From Spirochaetia bacterium (GTDB lineage: Bacteria; Spirochaetota; Spirochaetia; CADAEX01), in the NCBI GenBank assembly GCA_045606105.1, contig JAZURI010000001.1:64001-128000 (forward strand): 64,000 nucleotides of DNA, read 5' to 3'. Made by a program: the position numbers and the translations under genes. Below are positions 25,484 to 36,121 of this stretch, piece by piece (position 1 is the first letter of the stretch; each line of letters starts with the position of its first letter). The notes under the pieces are model-generated. The model saw only the letters and a program-made list of their open reading frames with translations. It ran no database searches and was not told the DNA's origin.

Positions 25484-28134
25484 TGGCAGACAAGACACTA
25501 CAGCTTATAATACAGATGCAGGCCCAGGATGCCATAAGGCAGCTGTCCACGATGTCCGACGAGATCAAGACTCTCTCTGACGCCCTGGGCGACAACTCGG
25601 GCGTCTCAAAGGAGCTCGAGGGAACATTCTCCGCCCTGGAGGACGGTGCAAGCCGGCTCCGGGCAGAGCTCCAGCTTTTCGGACGCGCCGATGAGGGTGT
25701 GGCCCGCCAGCAGCAGCTGACACGGGAGGCCATGATTGACTTGGTGTCCAAGGGCGTGGACCCCCAGAGCGAGGCAGTCCAAAAACTTAAAGCACAGTAT
25801 GATCAGCTGGGCACCTCCACGAAGAAGACCGAGGGCTTCATGTCAAGCATGGCCGGACAGTTCATGACTGGCCAGTTTGCCTATACGATGGCTATAAAAG
25901 CCCTCAAAGGCTTCATCAGCCTGGTCAAGGAGTCAGCTGAACTTTACCGGCAGCAGGAGAAAGTGGAGAAAGAGCTTTCCGCTGCCGTGTCAATGAACCC
26001 GATGTACCAGCCCGGCACAGCTGCGCGGCTCAAGGCGTTCGCCGGAGCGCTGCAGGATGTGACTGTCCACGGCGACGAGACCACCATGTCCCTGATGAAG
26101 ACTCTGGTGGCAACAGGGCGTACAGAAGAAGAAGTAAAGAAGATAATCCAGACCGCCGCGAACTTGGACGCTGCCGGCATAATGAGCTATGACTCAGCTG
26201 TTCAGGCGCTGAACATGAGCTACTCCGGCATGACCCTTACCCTGGGCCGGCAGTTCAGCGAGCTCAAGAAGCTGAGCAAGGAGGAGCTGGAGGCTGGAAA
26301 GGCTGTCGACATTCTCGCCGAGAAGGTCAAGGGGTACTCCGAGATGGCAGCCTCAACCGGCGAGGGTTCCATCAAGCAGCTCAAGAATGCCATGGGCGAC
26401 CTCAAGGAGGAGATCGGCTACGGATGGGAAGCTGTATGGGCACCGCACCGGAACGAGTTAACCAAGACTATCAAAAAGTGGACCGACCTTCTGAAGGAGG
26501 CCCGCGAATATACCAAATATAAGAAGCTCAATATCTCCGAGGAGACTCAGACTCTTGAGTCCCTGCAGGGGCAGCGCAACCAGGAGCTTGTGATACTGCA
26601 GCGCTACCGCGATGCTTATGGCAACGGCAACGACCCGGTCGGCAAGCAGCTCATTGCGGACCAGGAGAAGAAGATTTCCGAGCTCAATGCCCTGGTCAAT
26701 AAAGTCCTTTATGCGGAGGACTACGAGTACCAGACAAGGCTGGCAGAGCAGGCTGCAGCAGACAGGGCGCAGACCGAAGCCGACCAGGCTGCGAAGGAAG
26801 CCAAGCAGGCCGAGGATCTGGCAAAGAAGGCCGAGGAAGAGCACCAGGAATGGATTGAGTCAACTTATTCCAGGACAGCCCAGGGACAGCTTGAGGCCAA
26901 GGAGGCCGAGTTCCGGCGTGCCCTTGAGGATCTCGACAAGGCTGCCCCCGGCACCGAGGCTTACAAGAAGGCCATGGCCAACAAGAACCTGCTGGCCGAA
27001 GAGCTCATGGAGCTGCGCGAGATGGGCGGCTCTGCCCTGCAGACTGTGGACACAGTCTCCGGCTATACCTTCGAGCAGATAAACGAGCAGATCCAGAAAG
27101 AACGGGACCAGATCAAGAAGGATCAGGAAGACTATGACAACTGGTTCGCCGAATTATATTCAAGAACAGCACGGGGGCGGCTGGAGGCCAAGGAAGCCGA
27201 GTTCCAGAAAGTGCTGACCGCCCTGGATGCCACCGAGTTTGGCACCGAGGAATACAACCGGTGGCTGGCCATCAAGAACATGATGGCAGAAGACATAATG
27301 GAGCTGCGCGAGAAGGTCGGAGCCGACGCCGGCCCGACTTATGCGCGCACATACAAGCAGGTTATGGATGAAATGACAAGCTACAGCGAGGTATTCAACC
27401 AGATGCTGTACGAGAGCCTGCGCAATATCACCGACATGAGCGAGGAGACCGCTGCTGTGGTCACCAACATGCTCGGCAACATTGCAGACGAAGGATTCAA
27501 CCGGGTCATCGAGGCTTCCAAGGCATTCGGTGCTGCAATGGAGGACGGCAAACTGTCGGCCTCCGAGTTCCAGGAGATTCTGGCAAGACAGGCCGAGGCA
27601 ATTCTGGACATGCTGCCTACCCTGTTCCTTCAGGCCGGTCTCCAGCTCATAGCCAACGGCCAGTGGCCGCTTGGTCTCGGGTTCATGGCAGCGGCCGGGT
27701 CGACGGCCATAATATCCGGCTATGTTTCTTCCAGACGGGGCGAGACAAGATCCGCACGCGGCAATGTGTTCGAGGACGGCCAGCTTGTACGGTTCGCACG
27801 TGGCGGGGTGGCTACTACTCCGCAACATTTCATGCTTGGCGACGGCAGGACTGCAGAATGGGCAGAAGCCGGCCCCGAGGCGATCATGCCTCTGAAGCGG
27901 CTTTCAGACGGCACCTTGGGTGTCCATGCTGAAGGCGGCAGCGAGACTAAAGTTAATATCGTGATCAACAACCTCACCGGCGAAGTGGTAGAGACCAAGG
28001 AGACCACCGGTGCAGACGGCAGCCGTGAGCTTGAGATTACCATAGGAAAGTTCCTGAAGCAGGCCGCTTCCGACGGCACTCTGGACAGCCCTCTAAGCAG
28101 CCGTTACGGCATCAGACCTAAAGGAGTGAGATGA
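25483..28134 (+). CDS. Tail tape measure protein
   Basis: 883 aa helical; C-terminal ARGNVF..FARGG..EAGPEAIMPL lambda-type motif. Confidence 0.92.
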   Translation: MADKTLQLIIQMQAQDAIRQLSTMSDEIKTLSDALGDNSGVSKELEGTFSALEDGASRLRAELQLFGRADEGVARQQQLTREAMIDLVSKGVDPQSEAVQKLKAQYDQLGTSTKKTEGFMSSMAGQFMTGQFAYTMAIKALKGFISLVKESAELYRQQEKVEKELSAAVSMNPMYQPGTAARLKAFAGALQDVTVHGDETTMSLMKTLVATGRTEEEVKKIIQTAANLDAAGIMSYDSAVQALNMSYSGMTLTLGRQFSELKKLSKEELEAGKAVDILAEKVKGYSEMAASTGEGSIKQLKNAMGDLKEEIGYGWEAVWAPHRNELTKTIKKWTDLLKEAREYTKYKKLNISEETQTLESLQGQRNQELVILQRYRDAYGNGNDPVGKQLIADQEKKISELNALVNKVLYAEDYEYQTRLAEQAAADRAQTEADQAAKEAKQAEDLAKKAEEEHQEWIESTYSRTAQGQLEAKEAEFRRALEDLDKAAPGTEAYKKAMANKNLLAEELMELREMGGSALQTVDTVSGYTFEQINEQIQKERDQIKKDQEDYDNWFAELYSRTARGRLEAKEAEFQKVLTALDATEFGTEEYNRWLAIKNMMAEDIMELREKVGADAGPTYARTYKQVMDEMTSYSEVFNQMLYESLRNITDMSEETAAVVTNMLGNIADEGFNRVIEASKAFGAAMEDGKLSASEFQEILARQAEAILDMLPTLFLQAGLQLIANGQWPLGLGFMAAAGSTAIISGYVSSRRGETRSARGNVFEDGQLVRFARGGVATTPQHFMLGDGRTAEWAEAGPEAIMPLKRLSDGTLGVHAEGGSETKVNIVINNLTGEVVETKETTGADGSRELEITIGKFLKQAASDGTLDSPLSSRYGIRPKGVR

Positions 28135-28484
28135 TGGCAGACATATATTACCCTTCCAACCTGCCGGAGATTATAGCTCCGGGATATAACTCAAAGGATC
28201 AGGACGGCGTGATCCGCACTGATATGGATGCCGGCCCGCAGAAAACCAGGCTGCGCTACACCGCATGCAGCGAATACATAAACTGCCAGGTTGTCTGTGA
28301 CGACACAGAGCTGGCCAACTTCATGACATTCTACCGCACCACTACAGCACGCGGCGCGCTGCGCTTTGTGATGAAGCACCCTGTGACCGGCGTGAACAGG
28401 TACTTCAGGCTCATGGAGCCACCAGACCCCGCAGAGACCGGCGGGCTCTGGACGATAAGCCTTAAGCTGGAGGCACTGCCATGA
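28131..28484 (+). CDS. Distal tail protein (lambda M-like)
   Basis: IRTDMDAGP.K.R.R, F..FY......G...F motif. Confidence 0.7.
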   Translation: MMADIYYPSNLPEIIAPGYNSKDQDGVIRTDMDAGPQKTRLRYTACSEYINCQVVCDDTELANFMTFYRTTTARGALRFVMKHPVTGVNRYFRLMEPPDPAETGGLWTISLKLEALP

Positions 28485-28948
28485 GCATGTCTTCCAACGC
28501 TGTGGCTGCTGTACTAGCCCAGGAAACATCAGAGGTATTCCTCACTCTGGCCGAGATAACCCACGATACGCTGCAGGAGCCGCTCCGGTTCGTGGACAAT
28601 ACGCAGAACGTGACCCACAACGGCGCGACCTACCAGGCCGTGGCATTCAGGTTCACTCCCCCGACCAGCACCGGGGAAAACGACACACCGGCCAAGCTGG
28701 CAATAGACAATGTGGACCGGGTGATAATGGAGCAGATCATTCCTATAAGCACTCCTCTCAAGATCAGCTTCAAGATTGTCCTGGCATCTTCTCTTAATAC
28801 AGTTGAATGGGAGTCGGGGGAGCTCATACTCCGGGATGTCTCGGCCAACGTGCAGCAGATTTCAGGCTCTCTTTATGACGTATATATCGCAGACCGGGTT
28901 CTTCCTGGCCTATACTTCACACCTTACGATTTCCCGGGGCTTTTCTGA
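28481..28948 (+). CDS. DUF1833-like tail tip protein
   Basis: EITH, RFVDN, Y.A..F...P, LAIDNV, TP.DFPGLF motifs. Confidence 0.75.
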   Translation: MSMSSNAVAAVLAQETSEVFLTLAEITHDTLQEPLRFVDNTQNVTHNGATYQAVAFRFTPPTSTGENDTPAKLAIDNVDRVIMEQIIPISTPLKISFKIVLASSLNTVEWESGELILRDVSANVQQISGSLYDVYIADRVLPGLYFTPYDFPGLF

Positions 28949-29361
28949 TGAGAGACACACTTCCTTGCTGGGCCGGTGACTACATAGGGATTCCGTTTGT
29001 ATCTGGCGGCAGAGACCCGGACACAGGGCTTGACTGCTACGGCCTTTTTCGGCTCGTGATGAACGACCGCTACGGGAAGAAGCTCCCGGCACTAGATGCG
29101 GGGTACAAGGATGCCTGCAATCCTTCTGAGACCAACAAGATCTACGCAAAGAACAAGCCGCTCATTGCAGGGAGCAGGATTGCGCAGCCCGTGCCTGGCT
29201 GCGGAGTCGTGCTTAAATACTCGGGGCTTCCCACACATGTGGGAGTCTATGTAGGCGGCGGCTATATACTGCATACAACAGCACAGACCGGCGCGGTGCT
29301 TGAGTCTGTGGACAGCCCGCAGATCCGCTGCAGGATAGAAGGATACTATAATGTCAATTAA
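28948..29361 (+). CDS. NlpC/P60 tail-associated peptidase (lambda K-like)
   Basis: YIGIPF..GGRD...GLDCYGL, HVGVY.GGG.ILH. Confidence 0.85.
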   Translation: MRDTLPCWAGDYIGIPFVSGGRDPDTGLDCYGLFRLVMNDRYGKKLPALDAGYKDACNPSETNKIYAKNKPLIAGSRIAQPVPGCGVVLKYSGLPTHVGVYVGGGYILHTTAQTGAVLESVDSPQIRCRIEGYYNVN

Positions 29362-32300
29362 GATAGTCGCCCAGCTGCATCCGTTCAAGACAGATCTCAC
29401 CATAATCCAAAGAAACGCAGCTCCGCTTGCGGAGCTTTATGCCTCCCTTGGGGTTCCGACTGACATAAAGATTGCCAGGATGATGATTGACGACCGCATC
29501 GCGACAGACTTCTCCGAGGTTCCCAAGGATGGCAGCACTGTATATATAAAGGTTGTGCCGGAAGGAAACAACAAAAACGCAGGAAAAGGTATGGGCTGGG
29601 TCGGTGCCATTATGATCGTGGCGGGCGCCTCCATGGTATGGTTCGGACCAACCAGCGGACTCGGTGTGATGCTGATCGGCTCCGGTATAGGCCTGCTGTC
29701 AGGCGGTGTCGCCCTGTACAACATGCAGATCCCGGGGATCGGGGGCAATTCCGACGACATTGGCATAGAACAGGCACCATCTATCCGTGGTGCCAGGAAC
29801 CAGGCCAATCAGTGGGGGCCGGTGCCTATCCTGCTCGGCAAGCATCTTTTATACCCGAGCATAGCGGCGACACCATACACATCTGTGGCCGGTGACATGG
29901 CCGGAAACCTGGCCGGTGACGCTGTGGACAACAGCCAGTATCTGACAATGCTCTACTGTGCCGGATACAAGAACATGAGCATAGACTACTCCACCGTAAA
30001 GATCGGCGATTCCAAGATAACTGATCTTTCCTATACAAAGAACATCACATCCATCAGGAACGGCAGCGACCCATGGATATGGCTTGAGGTCATCCAGAAC
30101 GGCGCTGCCAGCGCAATCTTCCCCAAGGTCTGCAAGGATACCCAGCTCAACCTCGTGATTGAACATGACCAGCCTGTAGTGCGGACCACTGTGGACAAGA
30201 CCACTAAGATCATCGTTGATCTCAGGCTTCCTTCAGGCCTCGGGAAATATAACAAGAAAGGGAAACTGGAGAGCACCACTCTGCAGTATAAGGTGGAATA
30301 TAAGCCTACCGGGCATCCTGATTCCGAGTACAGTTATATATCAATGACGGACCCTTTCACGCCCGGGCCTACGACCATAGGGGATCAGCGGCTGCAGACC
30401 ATACAGTGGCGGTTAGAGAAGACGGTGACATCGGGCCAGTATGAAGTAAGGGTGACCAGAGTTACTGCAGATGCCACTGACACAAGGACCATTGACCAGT
30501 TCCAGTGGGTTTCTCTCAAAAGTGTATTGGATGACAGGCCTGTACGCGCGGAGCGGGCTGCACAGCTCACAATAATTGCGCTCAGAGTCAAGGCAACCAA
30601 TCTAGTCAAGGGATATGTTGACCAGCTCAACTTCGTGGCGCAGAGCGTGCTGCCTGTCTATTCCGGTTCCGGGAGCGGCGCTTCGTCCTGGGCCGGCACC
30701 GCTGCGACATCGAATCCTGCGGCCTGCTTCAAATATGCACTGCAGGGAGCCATCAACACCGTACCTCTGGCAAACAGTCTTATAGACTGGGCAAGCCTTG
30801 AGCCATGGTACCAGTGGTGTGATGTCCACAACTATACATGCAATGCTTATATTGCAGATGAGATCACCCTGCGGCAGCTGCTTTACCAGATAGCCAGCAC
30901 CGCCAGGGCAGAATTTACAAAGGTCAACAACAAGATCGGCGTTGTCCAGGATATAGCAAGAACATCGCATGTCCAGCTGTTCACCCCAAGAAACACATGG
31001 GACTTCGAGGCCACCAAGATGTTCACCGACATACCGGAGGCGCTGGAGATGCAGTTCATCAGCGCACCGGCCGGATATGTTGATGACCAGCGCACTGTCT
31101 ATGATGTCACAGGCGGTTATGGTGATGGCACAGGCGGCACTACCGAGGCCAAGAAGAAGCAGACGGTAAAGCTCTGGGGCGTGACAGATCCGGCCCAGGC
31201 TTACCGTATTGGCAAATACATGTACGCTGTGACCCGCCTCCGCCCATGGATCTACAGCTTCAATGTTGATATAGAATACCTGCTGGCGGGGCGTGGTTCC
31301 CTGGTAAGGCTTGCCCATGATGTGGCTATGCGGGGCCAGGTACAGGGCAGGATTAACGGACGCATCATGGAAGGCTCTGATGTCGCAGGCTTTGTGCTGG
31401 ATGAGCTCGTCACCATGGAGAGCGGCAACTCCTATGTCATCAGGATCAGGAAAAAAGACAACTCGTCAGTCCTGCTGCCTGTAACGACCAGGGCCGGCTC
31501 CTCCAGGGAAGTGTACCTGCAGTCAGCCATCCTGACATCGACAGCTCCTGACACGGAAGATCTCTTTGCCTTCGGTATTTCAGGGCAGGAAACCGACGAT
31601 GTGATTATAACAAAAGTTGAGCCTCTGGATGAGAAGTCGGCCAAAATCACAGCAGTAGATTACAGCCCCGAGATATTCGGCGTTGATGACCCTGCTTATG
31701 TTATTCCCACTTATGATCCAAAGGTTACAGTGGGCGGCATCATGGACAAGGGCACGTCTGATTTTAATCCCTCCCCAGTTTCCGCCACAATCGAGGACCT
31801 TAACAATGTCCTTAACTTGCTGTATGATGGCGTGCCGGAATATATGCCTGCAGATCTGGCCTCTCTGACCGTGACAGCCGTGGAGAACGGGCTGTCCCTG
31901 GAACCTGTGATTGTACAGGAAGGAGCGGTGTCAGGCATCAAATGCCATTACCAGATCAAGCGCGGCAACGCTGACTGGGTGGACATCCCCGCCTACAACA
32001 GTTTCTACACCTTCATCCGCAGCGTAGACGGGTACCCGGAGAAAGCCACCCTTGACACTTGGTTTATAAGAGCCAAGGCGGTGAACCAGTACGGCAACGA
32101 GTCGCCCTCCTGGCGTACATCAGCCATTGACACAACCGGCTATGGCACCTGGCTTGTCCAGCCTCCGGTGATCACCGAGCGCACGAACAAACGCTCGCTG
32201 CACATTCACCTTGAGCAGCCGACCGGACAGCGTGAGATATACGGCAACGTGCGGTACCAGATACAGATAAGCAGATATGATGATATGGATGGGGCAACCC

Positions 32301-34735
32301 GGCTCTGGTATAAGCCCAACCTGTCCTCTGCCGCCGACCCGTATGGAGCGGAGACCAACTACAAGGTGGACACAGACCCGGCTCCGGATCCGGCATACGT
32401 GGTCGCAACCGCCGACTTCTCCCAGACAGTGCCTCTGCAGGGTCAGTCTGCCACCCCTGCAGCTCCGGGCGACACCGTGTACTATTACCGGGTGCTTGCC
32501 TTCAACGAGGCCGGATGCGCTATGCACGAGGTCGAGGGCGTATCTGTGCCTTACTATGCCGAGACCAACCAGATGACCGCAAGGGCAACCGGGGCGAGGG
32601 ATGTGGTTCTTGCCCGATTGGGAGACGGCAGTCAGCACCCGGACGCACTCACCGCCAAGAATATCTACGCAGAGAACCTCACAGCGATTGCGGGTACATT
32701 CGCGCAGGTGCAGGGCGATGCCGAGACCTCCGACAGCTACTGGAAGGGCATGGACACTGACAACCCGGAGTTCCGTGTCGGCAACGACCACAATCTGGAG
32801 GAGCAGGACAGCGAGGAAGCTGAATACATCCACTACAAGGACGGCAGCCTTGCGATGCGGCTAAAGAACTTCATCGTCACAGTAAGAGAGACTACAATAA
32901 AAGGCACTCTTACCCTGTATAATGCGGCTAAGGACTTCAGAAACCTTGTATCGTCTGCCGGAATGACATTCCAGAAGAAGGTGACCGACTGGCTTAATCC
33001 TGTAGATGTGGCACAGATAAGTGCCGACGAGAAAAGCAACCTTGTAATCACAAATAACCCGTCGGCTCTGTCTGTGGAACAGATAGCACCGCCCAGCAGC
33101 ACAATCAAGATACACCACCTTGACTCAAGCCTTAACGATACCGACGGCAACAACACCGAGAGCCTTGTCGCAGCAAGCGGCGGATGCGGTGCCACAGCTG
33201 AACCAGTGCTGGCAAGGCTAAAGGCGTACTTTGACGGCAAACTGACAAAGGCAGGGGTGGTTGCAAAGAGTACACCTGCATATAATGCAGCAGCTTATTC
33301 TGGGCTAACTGTTCTGGGAGTATGTAACGGAACAGTTGCAGGTTATACCGTAAACGGTAACATATATACGTTCAAGACTGTCAATATCAAGACAGGTGAT
33401 GTCCTTACCAGTTTTGACTGGACGTTGCCAGCCAGTGATTCTGTCGTAACACACACATTCCATAAAGCAGAAGCGTTCTGGACTGGAACAGCCTTCATCT
33501 TCGGAATATCCAGATATTCAGCCAGCACTACAATTGGGAGCAGATATTATTTCCAATTTTATTCAGAAGATGGTACAGGAATTTTTTATGGTACAACAGG
33601 AATGCAGATGGGATATGCCTATGGAACGTGTTTCGGTGTGTCTTATTCTGGTTTGTCAATAGAAGTGCAGAGCTTCAATCCGACAACCAACGCAATGAAT
33701 AACTATACATTCACTATAACCGGCAACCCATACGCAACCCAGATTGAGGCAATGCTTGTGAGTGGATGGATGATAATGCTCAAATGCAACAATACAAATT
33801 TCTCAACCCATCCTTACCTGTATGCTGTCAGTTATACCTGTTCAGGGGCATTGGTAACAAATATTTATCCCGGTCTTGCTTTTATTGACTCATGGACTGA
33901 TTACGGGGCAGAGACAGGTTATCTGCACGCAATAGGTAACGGTGTCAGATACCTTTTCAAGAACACTGATTTAATGAACCCCGTTCAGATTGATACCGCA
34001 TATTATCCAATAAGAAACGGTGCAGACGATAATACGTTATATCTATATAAACCGGGTGACAACGGAATCTATACCCTTGTAGATGGTGTATACACAAAGC
34101 TCGGTACCGCTGCTGCATCCAACTTATATCTGCGTAGACTGGACAACGACAGGCTTTATTGCCAGGGTGACAATACGGTATACTTCTTCCCAGCCTACAA
34201 CCAGTCCCTTGTGGCCGAGAAGCACTATGCCTTCTGGTTCAAGGGCGGTCGCATACGATTCGGCAAGGTCACTATACCCTGCGATGCCAACAACTGGCTA
34301 TATTGCCGCCTTACTGCAAGCGGTACGACTGTAAGCTGGTATATAGTCAAGAATGAGCTTATCAATGATGAGCTGGATGTATTCGCAAGCGGCTCTTCCA
34401 ACCTTGCAAATTACGGGTTGGAAGAAGATAACGAGTACCTTGACTTTGTGCTTGAAGGTGCGGTTGAGGAGTTCACTTCTGACACTGCGGACATCTCCAC
34501 AGCCGTGATGAAGAAGATGGTGGAGTACAAGTTGCCGTACGGTGCACCCGGGACATCTGAGAACCTGCCGGGAACTGACAAGTTCACACTGCTGGCTAAA
34601 GACCCGGAGAAGGTCATCAGCAATGCGTTCTGGTGCAAAAAGGCAGAGGAACAGATTGTATTATCCGGCACTTATGATGATAACAACCAATCTTTCTCTT
34701 TCACTATAGCAGGGGTGGCAAACAATGGCAGCTGA
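29351..34735 (+). CDS. Central tail tip / host-specificity protein (lambda I+J-like fusion)
   Basis: 1794 aa; GARNQAN.WGPVP..LG, GQYEVRV.R, SNPA, GV....QA.R.G, FN3-like repeats. Confidence 0.85.
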   Translation: MSIKIVAQLHPFKTDLTIIQRNAAPLAELYASLGVPTDIKIARMMIDDRIATDFSEVPKDGSTVYIKVVPEGNNKNAGKGMGWVGAIMIVAGASMVWFGPTSGLGVMLIGSGIGLLSGGVALYNMQIPGIGGNSDDIGIEQAPSIRGARNQANQWGPVPILLGKHLLYPSIAATPYTSVAGDMAGNLAGDAVDNSQYLTMLYCAGYKNMSIDYSTVKIGDSKITDLSYTKNITSIRNGSDPWIWLEVIQNGAASAIFPKVCKDTQLNLVIEHDQPVVRTTVDKTTKIIVDLRLPSGLGKYNKKGKLESTTLQYKVEYKPTGHPDSEYSYISMTDPFTPGPTTIGDQRLQTIQWRLEKTVTSGQYEVRVTRVTADATDTRTIDQFQWVSLKSVLDDRPVRAERAAQLTIIALRVKATNLVKGYVDQLNFVAQSVLPVYSGSGSGASSWAGTAATSNPAACFKYALQGAINTVPLANSLIDWASLEPWYQWCDVHNYTCNAYIADEITLRQLLYQIASTARAEFTKVNNKIGVVQDIARTSHVQLFTPRNTWDFEATKMFTDIPEALEMQFISAPAGYVDDQRTVYDVTGGYGDGTGGTTEAKKKQTVKLWGVTDPAQAYRIGKYMYAVTRLRPWIYSFNVDIEYLLAGRGSLVRLAHDVAMRGQVQGRINGRIMEGSDVAGFVLDELVTMESGNSYVIRIRKKDNSSVLLPVTTRAGSSREVYLQSAILTSTAPDTEDLFAFGISGQETDDVIITKVEPLDEKSAKITAVDYSPEIFGVDDPAYVIPTYDPKVTVGGIMDKGTSDFNPSPVSATIEDLNNVLNLLYDGVPEYMPADLASLTVTAVENGLSLEPVIVQEGAVSGIKCHYQIKRGNADWVDIPAYNSFYTFIRSVDGYPEKATLDTWFIRAKAVNQYGNESPSWRTSAIDTTGYGTWLVQPPVITERTNKRSLHIHLEQPTGQREIYGNVRYQIQISRYDDMDGATRLWYKPNLSSAADPYGAETNYKVDTDPAPDPAYVVATADFSQTVPLQGQSATPAAPGDTVYYYRVLAFNEAGCAMHEVEGVSVPYYAETNQMTARATGARDVVLARLGDGSQHPDALTAKNIYAENLTAIAGTFAQVQGDAETSDSYWKGMDTDNPEFRVGNDHNLEEQDSEEAEYIHYKDGSLAMRLKNFIVTVRETTIKGTLTLYNAAKDFRNLVSSAGMTFQKKVTDWLNPVDVAQISADEKSNLVITNNPSALSVEQIAPPSSTIKIHHLDSSLNDTDGNNTESLVAASGGCGATAEPVLARLKAYFDGKLTKAGVVAKSTPAYNAAAYSGLTVLGVCNGTVAGYTVNGNIYTFKTVNIKTGDVLTSFDWTLPASDSVVTHTFHKAEAFWTGTAFIFGISRYSASTTIGSRYYFQFYSEDGTGIFYGTTGMQMGYAYGTCFGVSYSGLSIEVQSFNPTTNAMNNYTFTITGNPYATQIEAMLVSGWMIMLKCNNTNFSTHPYLYAVSYTCSGALVTNIYPGLAFIDSWTDYGAETGYLHAIGNGVRYLFKNTDLMNPVQIDTAYYPIRNGADDNTLYLYKPGDNGIYTLVDGVYTKLGTAAASNLYLRRLDNDRLYCQGDNTVYFFPAYNQSLVAEKHYAFWFKGGRIRFGKVTIPCDANNWLYCRLTASGTTVSWYIVKNELINDELDVFASGSSNLANYGLEEDNEYLDFVLEGAVEEFTSDTADISTAVMKKMVEYKLPYGAPGTSENLPGTDKFTLLAKDPEKVISNAFWCKKAEEQIVLSGTYDDNNQSFSFTIAGVANNGS

Positions 34736-35954
34736 TTTCTCCAATGTAAAAACACTGTTCCTCAACGGCAGACCTGTCAAAGATTTATATATCAACGGCC
34801 GGAAGGTGTGGCCACGCAAGGTGATGGTGACATTTGACACCAATATTACATACAGCGGAAGTCTTTATTATCTGTCTGAACAGATCTTCCCGAACGGAAA
34901 TCCGGCTACCCCTGCCGCAAGGGAGGTGTCTGCAGGATCTGCGGTAGGGGCTCTGCCTACCATAGGCGACACCACTTACAGCCTGTCAGGAGTCTCCTAC
35001 ACAATCAAAGTCTCCGGCTGGTACACAGACAGAGCCTGCACTCAGGAAGTGTCTGCAACATGGGTTCCCATTGCAGACACAACGTTGTATACCAAGTGGG
35101 TGCTGAACGCCAATACGCAACTGACACGTTCTGCAGCGGGAGCAGTATCTTATGTACTCCCTAAATTCGTCAAGAAGATAGTAAGAGCATACGTACGGGG
35201 CGGGGGTGGTGCCAGCGGTGCCAATACAAACATTTCCGCAGAAAGCGGTGAAATCTGTGAGGTCGGACTCGCAGGTAGCGGCGGCTGGGGTGCTGTTGTT
35301 GACAATACCGCTCTTAACAAAGCAATTTCCGGCGGGAACACCATTACTCTTTATGCCGGGGCTGGTGGTACTAATAAAGGCGCAGGTGGTACAAGCTATA
35401 TCAATCTTGATAATCAACGTCTTTCATATAAGAATGCACAGGGCGTAACTGTTGAGTTCACTGGCAATGGCGGTGCAGGAGGAGCGACAACAGAAAACCG
35501 ATACAACCTATTAGACACCTCGCCAGAGAAGAATATTTGTGACTATAACTCAACACCATGTGTGGGCTGGCAGATTTATGGCAAAGGTGCGACAAAAATA
35601 GTCAGCGGTCATTCTAAGGTGGGAGACATCAGCTTCCAATTTTATGGTAATAAAGGTGTATGGGAAAACCCGACTCCTATCCATATCAGATTCTATCTTG
35701 ATGGCAGCTCCACCGTTTGGACATCCAGAGCCAATGTAGGATATTATTATTTCTATACTTCTGGAGGAGATAATGAACGCGAATATTATACTGTGAGAAA
35801 ATACAATAGCCATAATGCAGTAGTACGGCGTGCAACACAGAGCGGTGCAGGGTGTCCTGGATATGGGGGATATGCTATCTCAACAGGAAACACACAGAAT
35901 CTGACATCGCAGGCAGGACTTGCAGGCCAGGCTTTTGTGATTTTGAGCAGCTGA
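34725..35954 (+). CDS. Putative tail fibre/receptor-binding protein with InlB B-repeat-like and glycine-rich domains
   Basis: SGWYTD..CT......DTTLYTKW; GGGGASG, GAGG repeats; last gene of tail operon. Confidence 0.6.
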   Translation: MAADFSNVKTLFLNGRPVKDLYINGRKVWPRKVMVTFDTNITYSGSLYYLSEQIFPNGNPATPAAREVSAGSAVGALPTIGDTTYSLSGVSYTIKVSGWYTDRACTQEVSATWVPIADTTLYTKWVLNANTQLTRSAAGAVSYVLPKFVKKIVRAYVRGGGGASGANTNISAESGEICEVGLAGSGGWGAVVDNTALNKAISGGNTITLYAGAGGTNKGAGGTSYINLDNQRLSYKNAQGVTVEFTGNGGAGGATTENRYNLLDTSPEKNICDYNSTPCVGWQIYGKGATKIVSGHSKVGDISFQFYGNKGVWENPTPIHIRFYLDGSSTVWTSRANVGYYYFYTSGGDNEREYYTVRKYNSHNAVVRRATQSGAGCPGYGGYAISTGNTQNLTSQAGLAGQAFVILSS

Positions 35955-35975
35955 TTTTATTCTCCCAGTACCAGA

Positions 35976-36113
35976 TCAAGCATTGAGTGCCGCAATCTCT
36001 TCTGGCTGGCCACTGATGGAGATTGAGACACGCTTGATTCCAGTTGCAGGCCTGCCCTGCCTGGGACGTACGCCGCCCCAGCTCGGGTTATACTGTTTGT
36101 CTGGATTCTTCAT
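35976..36113 (-). CDS. Short RHH/CopG-like regulator, possibly truncated
   Basis: WGGVRPRQGRP..G.KRVSISIS...EE; RBS AAGGA. Confidence 0.4.
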   Translation of the reverse strand: MKNPDKQYNPSWGGVRPRQGRPATGIKRVSISISGQPEEIAALNA

Positions 36114-36121
36114 GCAACTTT
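36105..36121 (-). repeat. 17-bp sub-terminal inverted repeat, right
   Basis: ATTCTTCATGCAACTTT equals reverse complement of 2344-2360. Confidence 0.7.
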
